A stretch of DNA of 64,000 nucleotides from Candidatus Bathyarchaeota archaeon (GCA_963707955.1 OY970176.1:1344001-1408000); one strand, 5' to 3'; positions 48,692-59,540 are shown, numbered from the stretch's first letter. Program-made: numbers and translations. Notes: generated by a model not told the origin, from the sequence alone.

Positions 48692-49198
48692 TTATTGGCT
48701 TCTCTTGAACACGTTTGTGCCGATGTCTATTTCTGTGGTTTCCTTGCAAGTTTCGAAAACCATGCACGTGAGGGTTTTCTCTATTCCCCTGACCATCCTT
48801 AACCTGTCAATAACAAATTTTCCCACTGCGTCAACATCTTTGCCTTTGACTTTCATCAACAGATCCCAGTCCCCTGTAATTATGTGAACTTCTTGGACCT
48901 CTGGAAATCTTGCGATTTCTTTGGCCATGCTCCTCTGAGAGACTTGAGTACCATCATTTTTCGTTTCATAAGAAACGGAGGCCAAAATGAAAGCGGTTGC
49001 ACCGCGGTCAAGCTTTGTTGAATCCAAAATTGCCTTGTACCCTTTGATGATGCCCAACTCTTCCATGCGCTTTATCTTCGCGAAAACAGTCGTTATCGGC
49101 GAGTCAACTCTTCTCGCGATCTCCCTTGCCGTGAGTTTGCAGTCTCTTTGTATAAGCGTCAAGATCGCTGCATCTTTCTCGTCGAGCTTCGCTTCCAT
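48692..49198 (-). CDS. Lrp/AsnC family transcriptional regulator
   Basis: LDEKD..IL..., GIIKGYKA, PEVQEVHIITGDWDL. Confidence 0.93.
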   Translation of the reverse strand: MEAKLDEKDAAILTLIQRDCKLTAREIARRVDSPITTVFAKIKRMEELGIIKGYKAILDSTKLDRGATAFILASVSYETKNDGTQVSQRSMAKEIARFPEVQEVHIITGDWDLLMKVKGKDVDAVGKFVIDRLRMVRGIEKTLTCMVFETCKETTEIDIGTNVFKRSQ

Positions 49199-49359
49199 AC
49201 TTGTAATTATTACATCTATTGGTATAAAAACCTATCTTTTTTTGAGAATATTCCAATTTTTCTTATAAAAAATTTATTACCCAGCGCACTCTTTCTTACA
49301 GACATTAACGCGGGTTAATCTGTGTTAACAAGACGTGCCGAAACCAAGAAGGTGATTGG

Positions 49360-50349
49360 ATGAGTGAAAAACGTTCCTGTCCGCAGCGAAGTCTTACGGT
49401 TGCCGAGTTGCCCAAGCCCTTGGAAGAGTTGTCTGAATATGAAATTCAAAGAAAGCAGCGCATTAGCAGGATCATGACTTACACTTTAAAGTACCTCACT
49501 CAAGAATTCACGGATAACGACTTTGAATGGATGTTGCCAGTCATATTTTCGCAGTCAACGGATCCTCTGTGGCCAGATTCATGTGCATCCATTGAAAAAC
49601 GCATCGAGGTCGAAATCTATGGGAAAACAGTTAGAACAACGACAAGCATGATAGTCCACAAGATGGTCGCTTGCTCTTTAGCCGTTCCTAAACTATTCAT
49701 ACTTTCCCCAAACGTAAGGATAGAAAAAAGTGAAAGGGCAGCCACTGGAATGCACGCCTACGAGTTCACTCAACTCGATTTCGAAGCCAGAAACGCGGCA
49801 TCACAGGATGTCAGAAACCTGGTCGAAACAATCGCCTGGCGACTGATAGACGGTTTGAAAACGAACATGAAGGACGAGCTGCTCTTTCTGAGAGAAAATG
49901 GCGGTTTAAAAACACCAAGAACACCATTCAGAGTCTACGATAGGGCAGAACTTGAAGCAAACTATGGAACAGGATGGGAACTCCAAATACCATACGAAAC
50001 TGAGGACCCCGTTTGGGTGACTAACATTCCCCGAGAATTCTACGATTTTGAGGACCTCGAGAGCGGCAAATGGGACAACTACGACCTGTACCTGCCGGGA
50101 TACGGAGAGGTCTTGTCCGGTGCAAGAAGGGAGTTCGAATACGATAAGATGGCCCGAAAAATGGAAAGAGACGGCGTAAGAAAGGAGAACTATAAGCTGT
50201 TGCTGAAACTCGCCAAAGAGGGAAGACTGAAACCCTCAGCCGGCGCTGGAATAGGCATAGAAAGACTCGTCAGCTGGATAGTTGGAGCCAAGCACATCGG
50301 AGAGACGCAGGTTTTTCCCAAAACACCAGGGGTAATTCACGACCTATGA
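49360..50349 (+). CDS. asnA: Archaeal asparagine synthetase A (AsnRS-like)
   Basis: TDPLWPD, SMIVHK, SPNVRIE, EFTQLDFE, GEVLSGARRE, AGAGIGIERL; no anticodon-binding domain. Confidence 0.9.
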   Translation: MSEKRSCPQRSLTVAELPKPLEELSEYEIQRKQRISRIMTYTLKYLTQEFTDNDFEWMLPVIFSQSTDPLWPDSCASIEKRIEVEIYGKTVRTTTSMIVHKMVACSLAVPKLFILSPNVRIEKSERAATGMHAYEFTQLDFEARNAASQDVRNLVETIAWRLIDGLKTNMKDELLFLRENGGLKTPRTPFRVYDRAELEANYGTGWELQIPYETEDPVWVTNIPREFYDFEDLESGKWDNYDLYLPGYGEVLSGARREFEYDKMARKMERDGVRKENYKLLLKLAKEGRLKPSAGAGIGIERLVSWIVGAKHIGETQVFPKTPGVIHDL

Positions 50350-50587
50350 AACTATGAAAATCCAATCCGCTTCTATGACTGAATCGAAGGCTTGAACGAA
50401 AGTTTGGCATCCGCAGTCAACGAAGATTTTGACATTTGTTCCGTCCAGATGCTTGGGTAAGAAGCGTTACTGTACGTTCATCCAATATTCACATTGTTTG
50501 CTTAACATTTGACTTCCAATGTGGCAATAAAGTTTTTATGTGTACATTCCAACGTCACTATATTATTAATTTGCACATTAAGGTAAC

Positions 50588-50602
50588 AACATGACACATG
50601 TT
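50588..50602. promoter_or_regulatory. Palindromic candidate operator upstream of the glutamate synthase operon
   Basis: AACATG-ACA-CATGTT lies between AT-rich TATA-like sequence and the start codon. Confidence 0.35.
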
Positions 50603-50631
50603 AAGTTACAAACAATCCCGAACTGCGATTC

Positions 50632-52017
50632 TTGGACCAGGTGCTTTTGATGAAATCCGTCTACGAAAGATACCATATAACGGTGAAAGATGCACCGCCA
50701 AAGATCAAATTGCCTCCAAAGTATATAGTCAATCGCTATAACAACTGTACAAATGCTCAGGAATGCACCCAAGCTTGCATATACGGTGTTCACGAAGCGA
50801 CCGAGGATGGACAGATTGCAGAGCCCATCCAGGATCTGTGCAGAGGGTGTTACATGTGTGTCTTAAAATGCCCGAAAGGCGCCATTTCAATAGGAATCAA
50901 CCCTCAGTTTGAAAAATTAGGAGATTCCTATTTTTCTCCAGAAAGGATAAAGACAATCTATTTTGAAGCAGAAACCGGTAGGGTTCCTGTTTCAGGCGCA
51001 GGGTATACCGGTCCTTTTGCGGGAGAGGGTTTTGACAGCATCTGGTTCGATTTTTCAGAGATAGTTAGACCGACAAGGGATGGAATTCATGGCAGAGAGT
51101 ATATTTCGACTTCGGTAGATTTGGGAAGAAGACTTCAATCCCTTGAATTTGATGAGAATGAGAAACTGGTTTCCACCGTTCCCAAAACTGTAGAGATCCC
51201 TATACCCATGATTTTTGATGCTCCACTCACCTGTGAAACAAGTCAGAATCTCCAGTTAGCTTTGGCGAAGGCCGCCACTAGGCTCAAGACCTTTGCCATA
51301 GTGAACGCAAGGGAATATTCGTCCGACCTAGCTTGTTACAAAGCAAATCTAATACCCAGAATCAACTCGGACGAAATAGATGAGTTTGAAGATCTGATCA
51401 AAACATCACAAATCGTTGAAGTTAAGCTCAGCGATAGCGACATAAAAGATTGCTTAGAGAAGGTTAAAGCGACTTATCCTTCAGCGTTAGTCTCCTTCTA
51501 CTTTCCTTATGATGAAGAGGCAGCTGAAAGAGCTGACGCAATTGCAGAGATGGGAGGCGACATCGTTCACCTTCACGTTGACGACGGAGCTGTTGAGCGA
51601 GACCCTGATGTGATAAAAAGCGCTATCCGTTGCGTTCACTCACACCTTGTTGATAAACGCAATCGAGACAAGATCACTCTAATCTCCAGCGGGGGAATAG
51701 CGGAGGCAGCCCATGTTCCCAAATCCATAATTCTCGGGGCCAATGCTGTCGCGGTTGGAATGGCATATCAAATTGCCCTCGGATGCAAAGTTTGCTATGG
51801 AAATAAGCACAGCCAAGACTGCGCGATAAATCTGGAAGAGGGAGACGTGGAACTGGCAACCCAGAGAATTACAAACCTGATCGGCGCATGGAGAGACCAA
51901 CTGTTAGAGGTGCTCGGGGGAATGGGCTTGCGAGAAGTGAGAAGGCAAACAGGCGAGGTTGGCAGAGCGATGTTCTACGAGGACCTTGAAGCAAAGATTT
52001 TCGGTGACAAAGAATGA
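50632..52017 (+). CDS. Ferredoxin plus degenerate glutamate synthase FMN-barrel protein
   Basis: CTNAQECTQAC and CRGCYMC..CP ferredoxin motifs, ITLISSGGI, ILGANAV. Lacks KxAQGAKPG. Confidence 0.8.
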   Translation: MDQVLLMKSVYERYHITVKDAPPKIKLPPKYIVNRYNNCTNAQECTQACIYGVHEATEDGQIAEPIQDLCRGCYMCVLKCPKGAISIGINPQFEKLGDSYFSPERIKTIYFEAETGRVPVSGAGYTGPFAGEGFDSIWFDFSEIVRPTRDGIHGREYISTSVDLGRRLQSLEFDENEKLVSTVPKTVEIPIPMIFDAPLTCETSQNLQLALAKAATRLKTFAIVNAREYSSDLACYKANLIPRINSDEIDEFEDLIKTSQIVEVKLSDSDIKDCLEKVKATYPSALVSFYFPYDEEAAERADAIAEMGGDIVHLHVDDGAVERDPDVIKSAIRCVHSHLVDKRNRDKITLISSGGIAEAAHVPKSIILGANAVAVGMAYQIALGCKVCYGNKHSQDCAINLEEGDVELATQRITNLIGAWRDQLLEVLGGMGLREVRRQTGEVGRAMFYEDLEAKIFGDKE

Positions 52018-53564
52018 TGCAGAAAGAACTCCTTTTTCAAACACCAGAAATAAAACCCGCGCCTTTTCAATTTCCAAGCTCAATAGAAAAGTATGAAGTG
52101 ATCATGGATAGGTCCAAATGTTCAATGTGTGGAGTTTGCGCCGAAGTCTGCCCATCGTGTATAGGGTCTTCATCGATCGATTATGAAGCCTACAAAAAGC
52201 CCAGCGGATACCTGCGCCTAGCCGTTCCAAAGATTTCTTGCACAGGCCTCTCTTGTAGCCGATGCGTGAACGAATGCCCGACCAAGGCTTTGTCCGTCAA
52301 ACTCAACCCACAGTACATTGCCCTCGGCGACCTCCGGTGGACTGCTGACTTAGTATTGTCAACTTGGGAACAGGCTGAAGTCGGAAAGGTATCAAAAAAA
52401 TACGAGCACAGAGTTGGAGGCTCTGGAGGAGGTTTTGACAAGCTACGATTTGATTTTGAACTTTATGACAAAGGACTTTACGCCGATGAGCTGTTTAACG
52501 AAGAAGACAGGGATACTTCTATAGTTCTGAACAAAAGAAATGATGGACGGCCAGACATCAAGATTCCCATTCCAGTCTACGGCGGGGACATGTCCTTCGG
52601 CTCCGTAAGCTTGAACGTAATGCTTGCAAGAGCCAAAGCAGCTGAAGCCTGGAACACCTTCACCAGCACGGGTGAGGGCGGCTACCCTGATGAGTTAATC
52701 CAATACAAGAATCACGTCATCACGCAAGTTGCCACCGGCCACTTTGGGGTGAACGCCAACACTGTCAAAAGAACAAAGATTATTGTTCTGAAATACGCGC
52801 AGGGCGCGAAACCCGGCTTAGGAGGACACTTACTTGCTGACAAGGTCACCCCTGATGTTGCAGCGATACGCGAGGTAGTCCCCTACATAAGTCTGTTCTC
52901 TCCATTCCCCTTTCACAACGTTTACTCCGTTGAAGATCACTACAGACACGTTCAATTGATGGAAGACATAAACCCTCAAGCCCTGATTTCTGTAAAAGTT
53001 TCAACTCCCACAGACGTTGACATGGTAGCGATCGGAAGCTATTACGCAGGAGCCCACATTCTACAAATAGACGGCGGGTACGGCGGAACAGGAGCAGCTC
53101 CTGACATAGCTAAGAAAAACATTGCCATGCCAGTTGAATATGCAATCCCAATCGTTCACAACTACTTGGTAAGAGAAGGAGTCAGAGACCAGATAACGAT
53201 AATGGCCAGCGGTGGGATAAGGACGGCATTCGATGTTGCTAAGGCTATAGCCTTAGGAGCTGACGGAGCGGTAATCGGAACAGCGGAACTAGTCGCACTC
53301 GGATGCAAAAGATGTGAAAACTGCGAAAGAGGAAAAGGCTGCCCGGCTGGTATAGCCACAACGGACCCAGCGCTTAAGTATTTCATCAACGTGGACTGGG
53401 GTTCTCAAAGAATAATCAACCTTTACAGCTCATGGAAGGCACAGTGGAGCTACATTCTGAGGAAACTTGGTTTAGAGAACATCCGAGAACTTCGACCCCG
53501 CGATGAAGTGAAGTTCAAAAAAGGCCGATCTGGGCGCATGGTTCATCTCGACCATTTGAGGTGA
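52014..53564 (+). CDS. Glutamate synthase FMN-binding subunit with ferredoxin domain
   Basis: MSFGS, TGEGG, QVATGHFG, KYAQGAKPGLGGHL, CKRCENC..GCPAGIAT. Confidence 0.92.
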   Translation: MMQKELLFQTPEIKPAPFQFPSSIEKYEVIMDRSKCSMCGVCAEVCPSCIGSSSIDYEAYKKPSGYLRLAVPKISCTGLSCSRCVNECPTKALSVKLNPQYIALGDLRWTADLVLSTWEQAEVGKVSKKYEHRVGGSGGGFDKLRFDFELYDKGLYADELFNEEDRDTSIVLNKRNDGRPDIKIPIPVYGGDMSFGSVSLNVMLARAKAAEAWNTFTSTGEGGYPDELIQYKNHVITQVATGHFGVNANTVKRTKIIVLKYAQGAKPGLGGHLLADKVTPDVAAIREVVPYISLFSPFPFHNVYSVEDHYRHVQLMEDINPQALISVKVSTPTDVDMVAIGSYYAGAHILQIDGGYGGTGAAPDIAKKNIAMPVEYAIPIVHNYLVREGVRDQITIMASGGIRTAFDVAKAIALGADGAVIGTAELVALGCKRCENCERGKGCPAGIATTDPALKYFINVDWGSQRIINLYSSWKAQWSYILRKLGLENIRELRPRDEVKFKKGRSGRMVHLDHLR

Positions 53565-56134
53565 CAGCCATGGACAGAAACGATCAAAATCCAATAGTTC
53601 CAAGGAAAGAATGTGTCACAGACTATTCCAATAATCTGGTTTATGAGAAAGTGGCGGAAGGGGGATGCGGCGTCCTTGGAGTGGCCAGCTCCCTCCCGAT
53701 AAAAGGAAGACACTTACTGCAGCCACTTATTCAGATGCACAACAGGGGAAACGGTAAGGGCGGCGGCATAGCGGCGGTCGGTCTTTCTGCAAAGCAACTG
53801 GGCGTTTCGCAGAGGGTCTTGGAAGAAGATTACATATTGCAGATAGCCTACATTGACCCAAAATCAAGAATGGAAGTTGAATCTCAATTCATAAATTCGA
53901 ACCTAAACGTTGAGCACGTAGAGAAAATTCCTGTGATCGAGAACCACATAAGCATAGGCCTAGAAGTGAAACCTCCAGAAGTTTGGAGATATTTCGTAAG
54001 AGCAAAAGAAGACAGACTAAGGCAATTCATCGAAAAGAATGGATTAGAAGGGCTCGAATCTGGAAAAGCAGAGGATGAGTTCATCTACAGAAACAGTTTT
54101 GCCCTCAACAAGAAATATTACGCTTCTCTGGGCGAAAAGAAAGCCTTCGTTCTTTCTCACGGAAAAAACATTCTCGTTTTCAAAATCGTAGGATACGCTG
54201 AACAGGTTCTCCGGTACTATCAACTTGAAGACCTTGAAGCACACATTTGGATTGGACATCAAAGATACCCAACGAAGGGAAAAATCTGGCATCCCGGCGG
54301 TTCCCACCCATTCATAGGCTTGCACGATGCTCTGGTTCACAACGGCGATTTTGCAAATTATCACTCGATAACAGAATACCTGAGACAGAGAGAAATTTTC
54401 CCCTTATTCTTGACGGACACGGAGGTTGCTGCCCTATACTGGGACCTTTTGACGAGGATCTATGGATACCCGCTGGAATACGCAATTGAAGCCATTGCCC
54501 CAACGACTGAAAGAGACTTTGCGATGCTCCCAGAGAACAAGAAGAAAATCTACAAGGCTGTCCAAGCAACGCACGTTCAGAGTTCTCCAGACGGACCATG
54601 GTTCTTCATCATTGCTAGAAACAATCCTTACAAAAATGAGTTCCAGCTAATCGGCATAACTGACACCTCAATGCTGAGACCACAGGTCTTTGCACTCCAA
54701 GAAGGAGAAGTTAAATTGGGATTCATAGCCTCCGAGAAACAGGCAATAGACGCAATGGTACAAGGTCTATCGAAGGAAGACCCAAGATTCTATCCAATGT
54801 GTGACCTATACTGGTATGCCAGAGGAGGCAGCTACACTGACGGAGGCGCTTTTGTTTTCACCGTCGACAAATCAAAGAACCTCACGTGCACTGACAAGTT
54901 TGGGAAACCAATCTCAGCCACAAGACGCCAGCAACATTACAGGAGAATGAACACTCATGATCAACGTCGACCTTCCAGTTTTGATGAAAGACTAAAAGGA
55001 AGGCCAACTGCCGCCGACCTGTTCGCAATCGCTGCAAAGAACATCGAAGACTGGAGTTTCGACGAGGTGTGTTCGTTTGCAGAAACCATGAAGAAATACG
55101 CTGACAAAGGAGATGAAGAGAAATCAGTCGTTATAGAGACACTTACACTGCTAATCGACAGAAGATATGATACCGGTGGAAAGAGAAGAAGTGACATTGT
55201 CTCTCTGCTAGAAGAGAAACTTTTCACCATTTTCGATTCAGCTTCTGCAGGATCCTACGTGAACAGCAGTTACTGTTTGATCAACTCTAAAGAGAGAAAA
55301 AACCTGAGAAGCCCAACACGTTTGAGTCAAACTCTCATCATAGACGCCTCTGAATTTCAGCCCGAGGGAGAAGGCGGAACATGCCAGTTTCTTGAAAGGG
55401 CCTACGAACTGGGCTGGAAAAACTTCATCGCCTACAACTTCAGAGGGCAGAGAAACTTCGGAGCTGGTCTCGTTGCAAGAGACAAAGTTAGAATCGACGT
55501 GTATGGAAGAGTTGGCGACTGCCTTGCCGCTTTTGCAGACGGCCCAGAGTTTTACGTGCACGAAAGCGCCCAGGACTCTGTGGCTTACTGCTTCAAATCA
55601 GGAAAACTGGTAATCTTCGGAGACGCTGGAAAAGCATTCGAATACGGCGCCAAGGGCGGAGTGACGTTCATTCTGGGAGATCTAATCGACAGACCGCTGA
55701 TCAACGCTGTTGGAAGTGCCACCGCCGTAATCAACGGTTCATGCAAAGATTACATGGGCGAATCTTGCATGGCAGCGAGAGGGTTCACAATCCTAAACGG
55801 AATGACGTTTGATGACCACGGAAAAATCGCAGAGCAAGAAACCCCCTACCAAGGCGGAAACCTGTTTCCTCTCGCCGCGGCAAGCGCTGTGTACCTCAGA
55901 GACCCTAGAGAGACAGTCGGTGAAGACCAGCTTAACGGCGGCAGAATCTGCACAATCTCTGGAGAAGACTGGGGGAAAATCTTGCCGCTGCTGCACGAAA
56001 ACGAAAATCATTTCGGCATACGAGTTGAAGATCTTCTGAGCGTTGATGGGGTTGTGCGAAAGCCAGAGTGCGTGTACAGAAAAGTTGTGCCAATCGAAAT
56101 AGCTGCCCTAGCGAAATACGAAAATGGCATTTGA
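53561..56134 (+). CDS. Glutamate synthase amidotransferase (GATase II) plus GXGXG domain subunit
   Basis: Propeptide then CGV, HQRYPT, HPF, HNGD, TDTE, LRP; C-terminal G-rich beta-helix. Confidence 0.9.
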   Translation: MTAMDRNDQNPIVPRKECVTDYSNNLVYEKVAEGGCGVLGVASSLPIKGRHLLQPLIQMHNRGNGKGGGIAAVGLSAKQLGVSQRVLEEDYILQIAYIDPKSRMEVESQFINSNLNVEHVEKIPVIENHISIGLEVKPPEVWRYFVRAKEDRLRQFIEKNGLEGLESGKAEDEFIYRNSFALNKKYYASLGEKKAFVLSHGKNILVFKIVGYAEQVLRYYQLEDLEAHIWIGHQRYPTKGKIWHPGGSHPFIGLHDALVHNGDFANYHSITEYLRQREIFPLFLTDTEVAALYWDLLTRIYGYPLEYAIEAIAPTTERDFAMLPENKKKIYKAVQATHVQSSPDGPWFFIIARNNPYKNEFQLIGITDTSMLRPQVFALQEGEVKLGFIASEKQAIDAMVQGLSKEDPRFYPMCDLYWYARGGSYTDGGAFVFTVDKSKNLTCTDKFGKPISATRRQQHYRRMNTHDQRRPSSFDERLKGRPTAADLFAIAAKNIEDWSFDEVCSFAETMKKYADKGDEEKSVVIETLTLLIDRRYDTGGKRRSDIVSLLEEKLFTIFDSASAGSYVNSSYCLINSKERKNLRSPTRLSQTLIIDASEFQPEGEGGTCQFLERAYELGWKNFIAYNFRGQRNFGAGLVARDKVRIDVYGRVGDCLAAFADGPEFYVHESAQDSVAYCFKSGKLVIFGDAGKAFEYGAKGGVTFILGDLIDRPLINAVGSATAVINGSCKDYMGESCMAARGFTILNGMTFDDHGKIAEQETPYQGGNLFPLAAASAVYLRDPRETVGEDQLNGGRICTISGEDWGKILPLLHENENHFGIRVEDLLSVDGVVRKPECVYRKVVPIEIAALAKYENGI

Positions 56135-56236
56135 ATTCAAACCTCATTTCTAAGCATTCCCAGATAGTCTTTTTAGTCTTGTCACCGTTGGGGAAAGTGA
56201 CGAGTACGAAATGGGAAATCAACTCTGCTATGAGCG

Positions 56237-56956
56237 GTGGTCTCTGTGGAATTGCGGAAGAAGTTGGTCGAAAAGTTGCTGGACACTTACAGAACTGACG
56301 AAGCAGTCTTGGGAATCATTCAGGTCGGGTCTACAGTGAAAGGCTACGACGATGAATTTTCTGACGTTGACCTCGTGCTGGTCGTCACTGAAGAGAAGTA
56401 TGTCATGCTTGAGAAGAACTTCCAGAAAATTATTCACACCGAAGAGTATGACTTGAAATTCACAACGGTCGATATGCTTCGCGACATCAAAAACTCCAAA
56501 ATTAACGAGGATCACTGGGACTTCCAAAACTCCATTGTCCTGTTCGACAAGACAAACACTCTGGAGGAAGCATTAAGGGAGATAACGACCTACGACACGG
56601 GTTCGAGGCTGGAACGACTGAAACGATACTATCTTGGTTATTGGGAGAACACTCTGAATTCGCTGAGCTGTCTCGAACACAAGAACCGTGGGGCCGCGAG
56701 AATTTATGCTGCGATCGCCATTCAGGAATTAATGCGATTGCTTTTCAACCTAAACGAAAAATGGGCTCCTAGGACCCAGTGGGCGTTAAAAGAAATCAGC
56801 TTTCTTCACAGAAAGCCTGCGAACCTAGAAAGTCAAATACAAGGCATCTTAGAGGAGCCCACCTCTGAAAAACTTTCCCAACTATGGAAACAGACAGCCG
56901 AGCTTCTGAGAAAAGAAAGATACACTTTTGTCGATCATCCTGAGGAAATACTCTGA
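56237..56956 (+). CDS. Pol-beta-type nucleotidyltransferase with helical C-terminal domain
   Basis: GS..KG..DEFSDVD motif; LFNLNEKWAP..W C-terminal domain. Confidence 0.75.
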   Translation: MVSVELRKKLVEKLLDTYRTDEAVLGIIQVGSTVKGYDDEFSDVDLVLVVTEEKYVMLEKNFQKIIHTEEYDLKFTTVDMLRDIKNSKINEDHWDFQNSIVLFDKTNTLEEALREITTYDTGSRLERLKRYYLGYWENTLNSLSCLEHKNRGAARIYAAIAIQELMRLLFNLNEKWAPRTQWALKEISFLHRKPANLESQIQGILEEPTSEKLSQLWKQTAELLRKERYTFVDHPEEIL

Positions 56957-57097
56957 GCTTCGACTACAGTGCTGCTGAATTTCGTGTGACTTCCAAACAG
57001 AACTTTGTTCGTACTTCAACTCAACAAAGGGATGCAGAAAGCATTAAATATTACATACGTCATAATCCCCTCTAACCGAAAAATGGAAAGTGTCCTT

Positions 57098-57517
57098 ATG
57101 CCAGAAAAGAAGAAACTAGCGTTGGTAGTTCACAGCGGAACACTGGACAAACTCCTCTGCGCATGCATACTTGGGTCAACCGCAACGTCGATGGGGTGGG
57201 AAGCGCACCTCTACTTCACTTTCTGGGGTCTCCAAGCGCTCGTCAAAGGAGCAATGGAAAAAGCAGGCTTACCAAGCGATTATAAGCAGATGGAAAAGCC
57301 GATGAGAGAAAAGTTGAAACAGATGAAGTACCCGACGCCTTACGAAATGCTCAAGAGGATGAAGACTTCTGGGCTCCTGAAGATATACGCCTGCACTCCG
57401 AGCATGGAAATGTTCAGCGTCAAAAGAGAAGACCTGATTCCGGAAGTAGATGAATTGGTCGGCGCAGCAACATTCCTAAACATAGCATCAGGCGCAGACG
57501 TAACTCTCCTAGTCTAG
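57098..57517 (+). CDS. DsrE/DsrF/DrsH-like (DsrE2) sulfur-relay protein
   Basis: LYFTFWG, IYAC..SM, VGAATFL. Confidence 0.88.
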   Translation: MPEKKKLALVVHSGTLDKLLCACILGSTATSMGWEAHLYFTFWGLQALVKGAMEKAGLPSDYKQMEKPMREKLKQMKYPTPYEMLKRMKTSGLLKIYACTPSMEMFSVKREDLIPEVDELVGAATFLNIASGADVTLLV

Positions 57518-57631
57518 TTCCAGGAGCATGATCAAGGGGGATCCGCCCTTGACAAACCCTCTTTTTCTAGTGTACAAAGCTTCTAAGTAACCCATTAATA
57601 CGTCAGAACGTTAAAGGCGTGTGTCTACGTT

Positions 57632-58642
57632 GTGAAAACCATGGCTTCGAGAGGCAAGAAGACGAAGGCTCTAGCTCTCTTATCCGGCGGGTTAGACAGC
57701 ACGCTGGCAGTGAAGTTTATGCTGGATCAAGGCGTAGATGTGGAAGCAGTTAACTTTGTGAGCCCTTTCTGTCTCTGCAGAAAAGGCGGCTGTGGAGCCC
57801 CAGAGGTGGCAAAGAGCCTCAGCATACCGTTGAAAACGATCAGTGTCGGCGAGGAATACCTCAGGATAGTCAGAAAACCGCGGTTTGGCTATGGAAAGAA
57901 CATGAATCCTTGCGTTGACTGCAGAATTTTCATGCTGAAAAAGGCCAAGAAGTATGCAGAGGAAACAGGCGCGCTGTTCATCATCACCGGCGAAGTCTTA
58001 GGTCAAAGACCCATGTCACAGCATGGAAGAACTCTAAGCCTAATAGAGGAGAAAGCAGGTTTGAAGGGAAAGATCCTCAGGCCCCTGTCTGCAAGGTTAC
58101 TGTCGAAGACTGAAGCCGAAGAGAAGGGTTTCGTAAACGGAGAAGCCTTGCTCGGCATCGAGGGCCGCTCAAGAAAGAAGCAGATCAGGCTTGCTGAAAA
58201 GATGAACGTAACTGGCTACTCGTGCCCCGGCGGAGGCTGCCTACTAACGTACAAGGAATTCGCTGCTAAACTGAGAGACCTGTTTGAGCACAAGAGAAGA
58301 GTCTCCTTGAAGGACGTGCAGTTGCTGAAAGTTGGACGACACTTTAGGTTTGGAAAGAGCAAAATCATAGTCGGCAGGAACGAAACTGAAAACAACCTCT
58401 TGACCAGAATGAAGAATGCGAATGATTACTGCTTCGAAGCTCAAGACTGCGGAAGCCCCATAACTCTGCTCCAAGGACCCAAAACCAGAATCGCCATCGA
58501 GAAAGCCGCAGAGCTGACCGCTTACTACTCAGACAAGAAACAAGGCAATGTGCAAGTGAAATTCGGCAAGCAACACTGCGAGAAACCACTGAGCGTTCGA
58601 GTTCCACGGAAAGAAGAAGTAGACCAGCTCAGAGTGACCTAG
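57632..58642 (+). CDS. PP-loop tRNA thiouridylase-like protein (ThiI/MnmA-related)
   Basis: SGGLDS, NPCVDCR, TGEVLGQRPMSQ, GGCLLT, GRHFR, VGRN. Confidence 0.85.
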   Translation: MKTMASRGKKTKALALLSGGLDSTLAVKFMLDQGVDVEAVNFVSPFCLCRKGGCGAPEVAKSLSIPLKTISVGEEYLRIVRKPRFGYGKNMNPCVDCRIFMLKKAKKYAEETGALFIITGEVLGQRPMSQHGRTLSLIEEKAGLKGKILRPLSARLLSKTEAEEKGFVNGEALLGIEGRSRKKQIRLAEKMNVTGYSCPGGGCLLTYKEFAAKLRDLFEHKRRVSLKDVQLLKVGRHFRFGKSKIIVGRNETENNLLTRMKNANDYCFEAQDCGSPITLLQGPKTRIAIEKAAELTAYYSDKKQGNVQVKFGKQHCEKPLSVRVPRKEEVDQLRVT

Positions 58643-59033
58643 GAAGAATGGATGATAACTTCTTTCTCCTCAGGGAACAAGGAGTTGCCCTGACGCTCAG
58701 TCCTTTCACTTCAAGACCTAGGAAGTCACAGCTGATTTCGCTCAAATCAGACTGGAAGAACATGGAAGCATACTGCAACATGCCTGGAAACGTTGACGAT
58801 GACAGAACAGACAAAACCAGAAGACAGGGATGACGGCGAAACGCATTGCGCATCACTACCCTTGCCGAGACTGTCTGCCAAGCCTCTGCATATACTCGGC
58901 CTCAAGCCCGCGCAAAGTCAGAAGGGCCTTCCCAGCGCCCACGTGCAGTACTAGTACCTAGGGGTAAGGGGGTAGGCGTGTTAGACGGGGTGAAAACGCG
59001 AATACAGGTATGTTAAGCACCCGCGGATCTTAG

Positions 59034-59213
59034 TCATTCTTTCTTCTTTGTTGAGGCCTCATACACTTTCAAAGCTATGTAACCAAAAAACCCAGCAGCA
59101 AACAGGCCGACGCCAGTCCAGCCGACTGTGGCGTCATAATAGTTAGCGCCATACAAGAACAACACCAAGCCTAAGATCACTAGGAATAGAAGCACTAAGT
59201 CTCTCCACCACAT
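59034..59213 (-). CDS. 59-aa two-TM membrane protein (not listed in the ORF track)
   Basis: MWWRDLVLLFLVILGLVLFLYGANYYDATVGWTGVGLFAAGFFGYIALKVYEASTKKKE*, with a TATA-like TATATA upstream. Confidence 0.7.
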   Translation of the reverse strand: MWWRDLVLLFLVILGLVLFLYGANYYDATVGWTGVGLFAAGFFGYIALKVYEASTKKKE

Positions 59214-59540
59214 CGAGGCAACTCCGGAAGCAAGTTTTCACCGTTCTACACTCTATCAGAGTATATAGACTTTGCCGCTCTTAGAACAGAATCATCCACC
59301 ATTGCATCCTACAGTCTGACATCAGACATCCCGACATTCGGTCATCCTTAAAACACGTTCGATCCTCCACGCCCGACACTTTGCGACCAGAGACCACAGG
59401 CAGCGCCTGAAGAATACCTGACATGCAGCCTAAAGACGACAGTACGATGATGACCACAGGGTTAATGGTCCCTCTGACTTCTGTGTTGCCGACACTCTTA
59501 TATACCAGAGGCATAGCTAGATAGCAGTTGTGAGTCAGAA

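Noticed and set aside
56237-56956. Antitoxin partner of the island HEPN
   Set aside because: It lies 44 kb away and has its own fused C-terminal domain; there is no evidence of linkage.
58960-58990. G-quadruplex-like G tracts
   Set aside because: The tracts and loops are irregular and the site is isolated; there is no supporting evidence.
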